Below, piece by piece: positions 38,777 to 47,393 of a stretch of 64,000 bases of DNA (positions are counted from its first letter, which is position 1; the number at the start of each line of letters is the position of its first letter). A program made the translations under genes and the position numbers. Source of the stretch: Candidatus Latescibacterota bacterium. Its GTDB lineage: Bacteria > Latescibacterota > UBA2968 > UBA8231. The stretch lies in assembly GCA_965248265.1 (NCBI GenBank), contig CBDFJF010000001.1:1088001-1152000 (forward strand), read 5' to 3'. The notes under the pieces were generated by a model that worked only from the letters and a program-made list of their open reading frames with translations, was not told where the DNA came from and did not search any database.

Positions 38777-39313
38777 TCAGGCGTGGCACTCCTCCACCGG
38801 GATGTAAGTAACAGGCGGAGTGTGCTTCTTGAACAGCTTCCGTGTCTCAGGCTCCAGCTTACGAAACACCTGTGGAGTGAGGGCAATGCCCTTTGCCTTG
38901 AGCATGGCCGCGATGTTGACGGTCTCGCCGAAAACATCCAGGCGCTTATCGTTGCGGGTGCCGATCGGTCCAGCCATCGCCGGTCCGAAGTGGGCCTTGA
39001 AATAGTGACCGCAGGACATTCTGTTATCGCGCAACCAGGCATCGCCGTCTTCCTGTAACTCTTTGATCGTACGCACGCCGGTATCGACTCGATCGGCGGA
39101 AAAAACGAACAGAGTAGAATCCCCGATGAACTTGATGATCTTGCCACCGGCGCCTTCTATGGTGTCGCCGAACAGCTCGTAATAGTTTGAGAGAAGATCG
39201 AACAACTCCTGCGGACTGCGGTTGCGAACAGCGCGATGAAAACCGGAGATGTCGGAAAAGACGACCAGGAGGTCGACTTCGTGCGGAGTTTCGAGGGTAT
39301 CAAGATCGTGCAT
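38777..39313 (-). CDS. Stand-alone class III adenylate/guanylate cyclase domain
   Basis: FSDISGF, KFIGD, DVFGETVNIAA. AGGAG RBS. Confidence 0.85.
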   Translation of the reverse strand: MHDLDTLETPHEVDLLVVFSDISGFHRAVRNRSPQELFDLLSNYYELFGDTIEGAGGKIIKFIGDSTLFVFSADRVDTGVRTIKELQEDGDAWLRDNRMSCGHYFKAHFGPAMAGPIGTRNDKRLDVFGETVNIAAMLKAKGIALTPQVFRKLEPETRKLFKKHTPPVTYIPVEECHA

Positions 39314-39531
39314 GTCACGTCTCCTTGTGCGTAGTTGCGTTTATCAGCGACCCGTATGTTCGCCAGTAGTGTTCAAGGAAACGCCAGTCCATTGCCTGGC
39401 AGTTTGATTCGCGTTTTACCACCCTCCTCTCTGTTGCAAGTCAGTGCTTACTGACACCTTAATCATGTAGCGTCGATCAGGCAAAGTCTCGGCGCGTTGC
39501 CGGCGCGCTCCACAATTCCGACCTTTTCGCC

Positions 39532-40002
39532 ATGTCGCTGATTGATCAATCCTGGTACCTGAAACCCCCCGGCATCACCGACCGTGTTGCCAGCGGTGGC
39601 GTCGTCGTCCGCACGGAGGGCGACCGCATTCTCGTTGCCCTGGTCAGAGAAGGTCAATGGCCTGACTATGTGTTGCCGAAAGGTGGAGTGGAGGAAGGTG
39701 AGGATCTTATCACGGCCGCTCGACGCGAAGTTCACGAGGAGGCCGGCCTGGAGCACCTACACCTGATCCAGAAGCTGGAGACTCTGGAGCGGTTGACCTT
39801 CACCAAGAATCTCTGGCAGATCATTCACTTTTTCCTCTTCCATACAGATCAAATCGAGGGCACGCCAACCGATACGCAGCATCACTATGGCGTCTGGTGG
39901 TTTCCCATCGACGACCTGCCGGCGTTCTTCTGGCCCGAACAGCGCGAACTGGTGATCCGGAATCGAGATCTGATCATCACCGAGATGGCACGCATCAGAT
40001 AG
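39532..40002 (+). CDS. NUDIX hydrolase
   Basis: LPKGGVEEGE....AARREVHEEAGL Nudix box. Confidence 0.92.
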   Translation: MSLIDQSWYLKPPGITDRVASGGVVVRTEGDRILVALVREGQWPDYVLPKGGVEEGEDLITAARREVHEEAGLEHLHLIQKLETLERLTFTKNLWQIIHFFLFHTDQIEGTPTDTQHHYGVWWFPIDDLPAFFWPEQRELVIRNRDLIITEMARIR

Positions 40003-40032
40003 AGCTGTTGCTCTCAACTCCAAGGAGACAGT

Positions 40033-41961
40033 ATGACCCAGTACACGCAGATCGATGCCACCGTACCCGTCGATGAACCACCCTCATGGGCGATTCTGCA
40101 ACGGCATCTCTTCGACTTGATGGAGGGCTCGTTGCAGCCCTTCCTCGACAAATACACCCACCCCGACGGTCGACTGATCTGGCGCGAGGGACAACACAAC
40201 AGTCGCGACGGTGCCGATGACTTCTACGAGAGCTTCTACAACTGGCCGACGCTCTATGCGCTGGGCGGAGGACAGCGCTGTCTCGAACTGGGCGACCGTC
40301 AATGGGATGCCACCACCCGCCTGATGGAAGAAATAGGCCACGTCTACAAGGAATACGAGATCGGCTACGATCAGTTTCACCAGTCGGAGAGCTACATCTA
40401 TTTCTACGCGCTGTGTATGGCCGACCCGAAGAACGCGAAGCAGATCGATCGCGCCCGGCGCTTCGCGGGCCTGTACCTGAATGAAGATCCGGAGGCTCAA
40501 AACTACGACTTCGACAAACGCATCATCCTCGCGTCCCATAATGGTAGCAAGGGACCGCGACCACACGAGGAAGGGTCTTCGTACGGATATTCACCGGGCA
40601 TGGCCGTGTACGGCTTACCCTATGAAGATGTCGAAGGGGTGTCCCGCATCGAGGATCTCAAGGATTCCAAGCTCGCGCGCCGCATGGGGGCGGCCATGGA
40701 AGAACGCATGAGCTGGGGCGATGTGCCCGCCAATCTCGGCGTCGTCTCAACCATCACGAATGCCTGGCTTGTGACGGGTGACGACAAGTACCGGAAGTGG
40801 GTCCTCGACTACGTCGGCGCCTGGGTCGAGCGCGCCCAGCAGAATGAAGGCCTCCCCCCCGATACCATCGGCCTCAACGGCGCAGTCGGCGAACACATCG
40901 ACGGCAAGTGGTACGGGGGCATGTATGGCTGGACCTGGCCGCACGGCTTCTACAACATCGGCATGGCCTGCACCGTGGCCGCCAGTTGCGCCTACCTGAT
41001 GAGCGGCGAGGATGGCTATCTCGACCTGCCCCGAGTCCTCATCGACCGTATGATGGACCTGGGGGAACAGCGCAAGCCCAACAAGAAGAAGATGAGTCTG
41101 TATCACCACTGGATTGGCGACTTCACTGCCATGGGCAAGAGGCGACGCAGTTTCATGGTCCCCCATCGCTACGCTGACTCCGGGTGGTTCGACTACCAGC
41201 CGATGATGGTGAACCTGCCGATGGCCCTGTTGAACATCACTGGCGCCGAAGAAGACCGCGCACGCATAGAGGGCATTCGCGAACTCGAGTCTTTCGAATG
41301 GGCCCACCATACCGCGTCGCGAGGAAAGGAGGACAACGGGCACGAGAAGCCCTGGCATGCCTATGTCTCGGGGTCGAACTCTGACTACCCGGAGCAGGCA
41401 CTGCGTGGCACCCTGTCGCAGGTCCATCACCGTATTCAACAGATCCGCGAGGACGAGACTGACCCGCGCGACAATCACATCCACTGGTGGCAACAACTGA
41501 ACCCGGTGACCACCGAGACCCTGGTACAGCTTACGCTTGGCGCACCTCAGATCATATACAATGGCGGATTGCTATTGGCACCGATTCGTCATTTCGACGG
41601 CGGCAACAGGAGACCAGGACTTCCGCCTGATGTCAGCGCCCTGGTGCATAGCGTGAAGAACAATCGCGTCGATCTGGAGCTGGTCAATCTCAACGCCTGG
41701 GACGACCGCATTGCCGTGGTGCAGGCCGGCAGCCTTGGCGAGCATCGGTTCACGTCAGTGAAGTACAAGCGCCTCTCGAGCCAGTACCCGGGACCCGTCG
41801 GCGCCTACCGGGCCGACCCGGTCAAGACCAAGACCCAACGCACAGATGTCTCCGGCCGATCGGTTGAGATCAACCTGCCGGCGGGTTCTCGAATCAGGCT
41901 GAAGCTGGGGTTGGAGCGTGGGGTGGGAACACCATCTTATCGGTTTCCCTGGGAGGATTGA
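40033..41961 (+). CDS. Hypothetical protein, aromatic-rich, possibly alpha/alpha-barrel enzyme
   Basis: 642-aa ORF with AAGGAG RBS; DGADDFYE, YDQFHQSE, WYGG.YGW.WPHG motifs. Function not recognised. Confidence 0.75.
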   Translation: MTQYTQIDATVPVDEPPSWAILQRHLFDLMEGSLQPFLDKYTHPDGRLIWREGQHNSRDGADDFYESFYNWPTLYALGGGQRCLELGDRQWDATTRLMEEIGHVYKEYEIGYDQFHQSESYIYFYALCMADPKNAKQIDRARRFAGLYLNEDPEAQNYDFDKRIILASHNGSKGPRPHEEGSSYGYSPGMAVYGLPYEDVEGVSRIEDLKDSKLARRMGAAMEERMSWGDVPANLGVVSTITNAWLVTGDDKYRKWVLDYVGAWVERAQQNEGLPPDTIGLNGAVGEHIDGKWYGGMYGWTWPHGFYNIGMACTVAASCAYLMSGEDGYLDLPRVLIDRMMDLGEQRKPNKKKMSLYHHWIGDFTAMGKRRRSFMVPHRYADSGWFDYQPMMVNLPMALLNITGAEEDRARIEGIRELESFEWAHHTASRGKEDNGHEKPWHAYVSGSNSDYPEQALRGTLSQVHHRIQQIREDETDPRDNHIHWWQQLNPVTTETLVQLTLGAPQIIYNGGLLLAPIRHFDGGNRRPGLPPDVSALVHSVKNNRVDLELVNLNAWDDRIAVVQAGSLGEHRFTSVKYKRLSSQYPGPVGAYRADPVKTKTQRTDVSGRSVEINLPAGSRIRLKLGLERGVGTPSYRFPWED

Positions 41962-41974
41962 CAAGCGACGGCGT

Positions 41975-42940
41975 TCAGAACCCCGCCTTCTTGTCGCACA
42001 CATACGGAAAAGTCTCACCGTCGAGGAAACGCCTCAGGAACAGCTTGTAGAGTTCGCGGCGTCCCTCATAGGCCTCGGGCGTACGGAACGAGCAGTGGGG
42101 CGAGATGACGACGTTCGGCATGTTCCAGATATCATCAGGTGGAGTCTCACTGGTGACGTCCAACCCGGCTCCGGCGATGCGACCTGAGCGCAAATCCTGG
42201 TACAACGTCGGCTCGTCGATGATTCCCCCACGGGAGACGACGATGACGAACGACCCGTCCTTGAGCAACCTCATCCGCCGCCGGTCCACCATGCCCTCGG
42301 TTTCCACCGTCGAGGGTGCGGTGACGACGAGCCAGTCGGTCAACTCCAGCATGTCATCGAGACGGTCCGGCGTCCATACCGCCCTCACGCCCGGGATCGG
42401 GTACCACGAAGGCGGCGGTCGTTTGTCGACGGCGTACACCTCCATGCCGAACCCCTGCGCTCTCCGCGCCACGGCCTTGCCGATGTCCCCGAAACCCAGG
42501 ATGCCGATGGTGCTGCCGGCGACTTCGATGAGCTCACCACCGTACGAGCGGGTCCATTCGCGCTGCTTCTGATCCTCCCACAATTCGTGGATCCGGTGCG
42601 TGATCGTCAGGATCACGGCGAAGACATGATCGGCCATGGGTTCGGCGTTTGGCCCCTTGCTGTTCGTCAGCACCACATCGCTGTCGATGAGTTCGGGGAC
42701 CTTCTTCGGCACGCCGTTGATGCCGACTGCCGAGGTGTGGACCCAGCGCAGTTTGGTGGCTGCGCTGAACACGTCGGGAGAGGGTATTCCAAAGTAGCCG
42801 TCCGCATCCACGATCGCGATTAGGCGTTCTTCTTCTGTTTCTGCAGCCACGAACTCACCTTCGGGAAATTCCCTCTGGAGCTCTTCAGCCCATTCGGTGA
42901 TGCTCGGGCGATAGCAATCACTGGCGATAACGATTTTCAC
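41975..42940 (-). CDS. D-2-hydroxyacid dehydrogenase
   Basis: GILGFGDIG, VSRG, AGLDVT.E, ISPH. Confidence 0.9.
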   Translation of the reverse strand: MKIVIASDCYRPSITEWAEELQREFPEGEFVAAETEEERLIAIVDADGYFGIPSPDVFSAATKLRWVHTSAVGINGVPKKVPELIDSDVVLTNSKGPNAEPMADHVFAVILTITHRIHELWEDQKQREWTRSYGGELIEVAGSTIGILGFGDIGKAVARRAQGFGMEVYAVDKRPPPSWYPIPGVRAVWTPDRLDDMLELTDWLVVTAPSTVETEGMVDRRRMRLLKDGSFVIVVSRGGIIDEPTLYQDLRSGRIAGAGLDVTSETPPDDIWNMPNVVISPHCSFRTPEAYEGRRELYKLFLRRFLDGETFPYVCDKKAGF

Positions 42941-42953
42941 GACGGACTCCAGT

Positions 42954-44126
42954 TCAATCTTGCAAAATCCTCATTGCCGCGCTCTGACCCTCCACCAGAT
43001 CCGTCTTCACCCCCTGGGCAGCCAGTGCCACATTCATCGCGGATAGCAGCAACAGGATCTTCTCCGGCGAGGACGAGTATCCCATCAAACCCACGCGCCA
43101 GACCTTGTCCTTGAGCGCCCCCAACCCACCACCGATCTCCAGGTTGAAGTTACCCAACAGGGAACGCCGCAAAGCAACATCGTCCACGCCTTCGGGAATG
43201 CGAATCGTGTTCAACATCGGAAGGCGGTACTCAGAAGCCACGTGCATCTGCAGCCCCATCGCCTCGATTCCGGCCACCAGGGCGTGGTGGTTCTTCAAAT
43301 GCCGGGCGAAGCGATTCTGGATTCCCTCCTCATGGGTCAGGATGAGGGCCTCGAGCAGGCCGTAATTCAGCGCACTTGAACTGGTGTGGTGATAGCTGTG
43401 GGTATGGCCCCAGTACTCGTCCAGTAGTTGAATATCCAGGTACCAGCTGCGCACAGGCGTGGTGCGGGACCGCATCGCCTCAAGCGCCCGGTCGCTGAAG
43501 GTCACCGGCGACAACCCGGGTGGACAGCCAATGCATTTCTGACTGCAGCTGTAAGCCGCATCGATGCCCCACTCATCCACGTTTACGGCAACACCACCCA
43601 GTGAGGTCACCGTGTCCAGCAGTATCATCGCACCGTGGTCCTTCGCCAGGCGCGCGATATCATCCATCGGTTGCCGCACGCCGGTTGAGGTCTCCGCGTG
43701 AACGACCGTGATGACCTTGTAGTCATTCTGTTTGAACACCGCCTCAATCTTCTCGGTGTCACTCGGCTTTCCCCACTCCCCCTCGATGGCTGTCACCTCC
43801 GCTTCCTGGCGCTCGCACATCTGCCGGATGCGGTTTCCGAAATATCCATGGATGCAGCACAGAACCTTATCTCCGGGGCCGATCAGATTGGCCACGCAGG
43901 CCTCCATACCAGAGGTGCCGGTTCCGGGTGTGGCATTGGTAAGACGATTCTGCGTCCCGAACAGGGGTCGCAGCAATTCGGCCACTCGGTCGAGCACCTC
44001 GAGGTAGGCCGGGTCTAGGTGCCCGATCACCGGGGACGTCAGAGCCCGGTACACGGCGGGGTGGATTTCTGATGGCCCGGGTCCCATCAGTGTTCTCAGC
44101 GGAGCTGTTGGTCGTTCGAGGTTCAT
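42954..44126 (-). CDS. Alanine-glyoxylate / serine-pyruvate aminotransferase (class V PLP)
   Basis: LMGPGP, VHAETSTG, DTVTSLGG, SQKC..PPG, WRVGLMG. Confidence 0.92.
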   Translation of the reverse strand: MNLERPTAPLRTLMGPGPSEIHPAVYRALTSPVIGHLDPAYLEVLDRVAELLRPLFGTQNRLTNATPGTGTSGMEACVANLIGPGDKVLCCIHGYFGNRIRQMCERQEAEVTAIEGEWGKPSDTEKIEAVFKQNDYKVITVVHAETSTGVRQPMDDIARLAKDHGAMILLDTVTSLGGVAVNVDEWGIDAAYSCSQKCIGCPPGLSPVTFSDRALEAMRSRTTPVRSWYLDIQLLDEYWGHTHSYHHTSSSALNYGLLEALILTHEEGIQNRFARHLKNHHALVAGIEAMGLQMHVASEYRLPMLNTIRIPEGVDDVALRRSLLGNFNLEIGGGLGALKDKVWRVGLMGYSSSPEKILLLLSAMNVALAAQGVKTDLVEGQSAAMRILQD

Positions 44127-44302
44127 TTTGTCTCTTCTTGCGAGAATTCGGACCGTTTCGCGGCACCTGTGGCGCGATCATGCAGAGCCATACACTATGC
44201 CTGCAGTGGCGCCAAGGCCAATTCCGGTCGCGGGCTTGTCCGCCATACTCTGGCACAACATATTAACCGGCACAAAACTGACCCCATGAGGAGGAGGGTA
44301 CC

Positions 44303-44962
44303 ATGGCACTTAGAATCAACGATGAAGCCCCGGACTTCACAGCCGACACGACGGAAGGCACCATTAATTTTCACGAGTGGATCGGAGACGGCTGGGCGCT
44401 CTTGTTTTCACATCCCAAGGATTTCACACCGGTGTGCACGACAGAGCTGGGCGCGGTGGCAGGCCTCAAGTCGGAGTTCGATAAGCGCAACTGCAAGATC
44501 ATCGGCATCAGTGTCGATGGTGTCGCCGACCACGAGAAATGGTCGAAGGACATCGAGGCATCTCAGGGCCACGCAGTCAATTACCCACTGGTGGGCGATC
44601 CGGAGCTCAAGGTCGTCAAAGCCTACGACATGCTACCGGCTGACGCAGGTGATACCAGCGAAGGCCGCACGCCGATGGACAATGCCACGGCGCGCTCAGT
44701 CTTCATCATCGGCCCCGACAAGAAGATCAAGGCAACCCTGACCTATCCGATGAGTACGGGCCGCAACTTCCATGAGATCCTGCGCCTGCTGGATTCCTGC
44801 AAGCTCACAGCCGAGAAGAAGGTGGCCACGCCGGCCAACTGGAAGCAGGGCGAGAAGGTCATCATCGCCCCGGCAGTATCGAACGAAGATGCGGAGAAGG
44901 TCTATCCGGACGGCTGGGAAACACCACTGCCGTACATCCGCATAGTGCCTCAACCAAACTAG
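44303..44962 (+). CDS. 1-Cys peroxiredoxin (Prx6 family)
   Basis: FSHPKDFTPVCTTELG, YPMSTGRNF, TPANW. Confidence 0.95.
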   Translation: MALRINDEAPDFTADTTEGTINFHEWIGDGWALLFSHPKDFTPVCTTELGAVAGLKSEFDKRNCKIIGISVDGVADHEKWSKDIEASQGHAVNYPLVGDPELKVVKAYDMLPADAGDTSEGRTPMDNATARSVFIIGPDKKIKATLTYPMSTGRNFHEILRLLDSCKLTAEKKVATPANWKQGEKVIIAPAVSNEDAEKVYPDGWETPLPYIRIVPQPN

Positions 44963-45052
44963 TTTGTAGTAAGGATCATTCTACCGTGGTTCGCCTCGCT
45001 GTGACGTTCGTTCGCAGCGAGGCGTTCACGCGGGATCGTACTCTCCCTACCC

Positions 45053-47230
45053 TCAGCGCAGCAGCACCAGCTTTCTGGCTTCGATCCGCGTTCCGATCTG
45101 CATTTTATACAGATAAACCCCGGACGCCAGTTCGTGGCCGTCGGCGCTCCGGGCGTCCCAGGCCAGACTGTACACCCCGCGTTCCTGGAACCCATCAACC
45201 AGCGTCGCCACCGTTTGCCCGAGCAGGTCATACACGACCAACTCGACCTGAGCGTGTTCGGCCAGAGCGAAGCGAATGACCGTTTCGCCGTTGAACGGGT
45301 TGGGGTAGTTCTGCATCAGAGAACTCTCGCCTGGCAGCACGTCCGACTGGGTCCCATTTACCGCCGTCCTCACGGGCTCGTCAGCCACAGCCAGACGCAT
45401 CTGATCAAGGTAGAAGATCCCCGCAAAGTTGCCGGAGAAATCCACCGATTGGATCGGCTCATAGGCTACCACAGGCACATCAACGAGCTGCCAGTCGGGG
45501 ACAGACAGATCCACATGCTGCAGCAGATCGATGCTCACAGCAGGGGGCATCGACACGGTGAACGCAGAATGGTCGTCGACGTCCACATCGCCTGGTCTCA
45601 GCGCAAAGCGCAGCGCGTACCCGAATGGGTCCACGGCTTCTGATGGTTGATATGACACTTCCCAGTCGACCCTGTTGCGCTTCACCTGGAACTGGCCGGC
45701 GTGATCTCCGCTGAAAACGACATCGCCGTGGAGCAGGTTCGCCACTTCGACGCCACCCCCAGTTTGCATTCGCCAGGTGTCGGCCAGACCCTCATCCAGG
45801 ATCGGAATGTCGGTCGTTGGTGAGACCATGGCCGGCAACGGCTCCGGGGGCTCGTAGCCACTCAGCGCGTAGTTGCGGATGAACCGTTCGAGCTCAGGAG
45901 TCGGTCTGACTCGAGCTTCGTTCAGGATGAGAGCATTGCGCAGGCGGCCGAGCTCGAGATAAGTCTTGTAACCTTCCGGAATCCGTACATCCAGATCGGC
46001 GACATCCCCCAACCGCGTCTGCAAATCCCAGGGCAAGCCCTTCAGCAACTCCCGCAGGTCTTTGGTTGGAAAGGCTTCTTCCGGCGACGACGCAAGCTGA
46101 GCCAGCAACGCCCGCTGCTCGGGCGTGACGATCTCGATGCGGCCGACCATCACCCTCGTGAGCTCTACCGGCTCTGAAAATTCCAGCGGCAACAGATGAT
46201 CCGTCCATTGCTGCGGCACGAGGAAGAACAAACGCAGACCAGGTGTCTGGAAGTAGGCCGCTTCCCAGGTGTCCAGCATGGCATCCGCTTCATCGGCGAA
46301 CAACCCGTCATCGATCAACCCCGCCCGCATGGAGGCTCGCAGAAGTGAAAGATTGTGTGTTGAAAATTCATGCTCGGCGAAACGACCCGGCACACTGGCC
46401 AAGAGCTCGTCGGGAGTACCGTTCGCGACCAGGGCCCCGACCTCACGGAAGGCGCTGGTGCCGTCGCTGCGAATATGGGCAAGCCAACTCGAAGGGACGC
46501 TCAATGAGACGGGAAAGCCCAAGCCGGTATCCAGTTGAGGACGAATCTCCAGCGTGCTGCCGTCGTCGCCGCGACTGACCCGCAGCATCGATTCCACGTG
46601 GCCTACACCGCGATAGAACAGATATCTCTCAGCCTCTTGCTCAGGCGTCTCAACGAACGCGGCCTGCACCCGTCGGGGCGCCAGCCAAACATGCTCATCC
46701 GTCCGCGGCCCCTCCGCATCCACGCCAACTCGTAATCCTCTCCAGGTCAGACTGCCAATCGTGTTCTCGTCCATACCCCCCAGCCACTCTCGAACCCCGT
46801 CCGGCGTCTCCTCACGCTTCGTCAACCCCCGCGCCTGGACATCAGCTTGCGGATAGTACTCCGTCAACCAGCCGCCTCTGAAGCTCGCCTGTACATCCAG
46901 CTCCATCGGTTCGGCGAGTCCAGCAGGAGGATAGAAATACATAACTGGAGTTTCCAGACGCATGGTGGCGTCCGGGTGAGCCAGTGGAAAACCCTTGCCA
47001 AAGAGCATATTCGGCAGCTCAGTGGGCCAAACCAGCAGGTCGCTTCGAATGGTGTGAACGAAGTCGGGAACAGGCTCATCGTCCGTGTTGATGCCACCGA
47101 TGGAGTGCGCACCCTCGTCCTGAAGGGACGTAAACGTGCCCCATTCATGGACGACGAGGTTATCACCGGCCCGTAAAGAACCCGTGTGGAGGAAGATGAG
47201 GGCAGTCGACAGCGCGACAAGAAATTTCAT
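45053..47230 (-). CDS. Secreted protein of unknown function with C-terminal FlgD-Ig/T9SS-like sorting domain
   Basis: Signal peptide, VHEWGTFTS, RLETPV.YFY, C-terminal QNYPNPFN...YDLLGQ.V..L...W....ASGVYLY. GAGGTGG RBS. Confidence 0.82.
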   Translation of the reverse strand: MKFLVALSTALIFLHTGSLRAGDNLVVHEWGTFTSLQDEGAHSIGGINTDDEPVPDFVHTIRSDLLVWPTELPNMLFGKGFPLAHPDATMRLETPVMYFYPPAGLAEPMELDVQASFRGGWLTEYYPQADVQARGLTKREETPDGVREWLGGMDENTIGSLTWRGLRVGVDAEGPRTDEHVWLAPRRVQAAFVETPEQEAERYLFYRGVGHVESMLRVSRGDDGSTLEIRPQLDTGLGFPVSLSVPSSWLAHIRSDGTSAFREVGALVANGTPDELLASVPGRFAEHEFSTHNLSLLRASMRAGLIDDGLFADEADAMLDTWEAAYFQTPGLRLFFLVPQQWTDHLLPLEFSEPVELTRVMVGRIEIVTPEQRALLAQLASSPEEAFPTKDLRELLKGLPWDLQTRLGDVADLDVRIPEGYKTYLELGRLRNALILNEARVRPTPELERFIRNYALSGYEPPEPLPAMVSPTTDIPILDEGLADTWRMQTGGGVEVANLLHGDVVFSGDHAGQFQVKRNRVDWEVSYQPSEAVDPFGYALRFALRPGDVDVDDHSAFTVSMPPAVSIDLLQHVDLSVPDWQLVDVPVVAYEPIQSVDFSGNFAGIFYLDQMRLAVADEPVRTAVNGTQSDVLPGESSLMQNYPNPFNGETVIRFALAEHAQVELVVYDLLGQTVATLVDGFQERGVYSLAWDARSADGHELASGVYLYKMQIGTRIEARKLVLLR

Positions 47231-47323
47231 ATGTCCACCTCGAGTGAAGTGGCGGAGGACGATATACAATTGTACTTATTGATCGGACGATTTCCTAATT
47301 GCCTTGCACCAGTAAAAGCTTCA

Positions 47324-47351
47324 TTGACACTGTATCCCCGCGTCCCATACT
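47324..47351 (+). promoter_or_regulatory. Candidate sigma70 promoter
   Basis: TTGACA-N16-CATACT upstream of the 47394 ORF. Confidence 0.45.
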
Positions 47352-47393
47352 GTTGGGCATTATGCCTCCTGAAAATGAGCATGGCTTCCTGCG

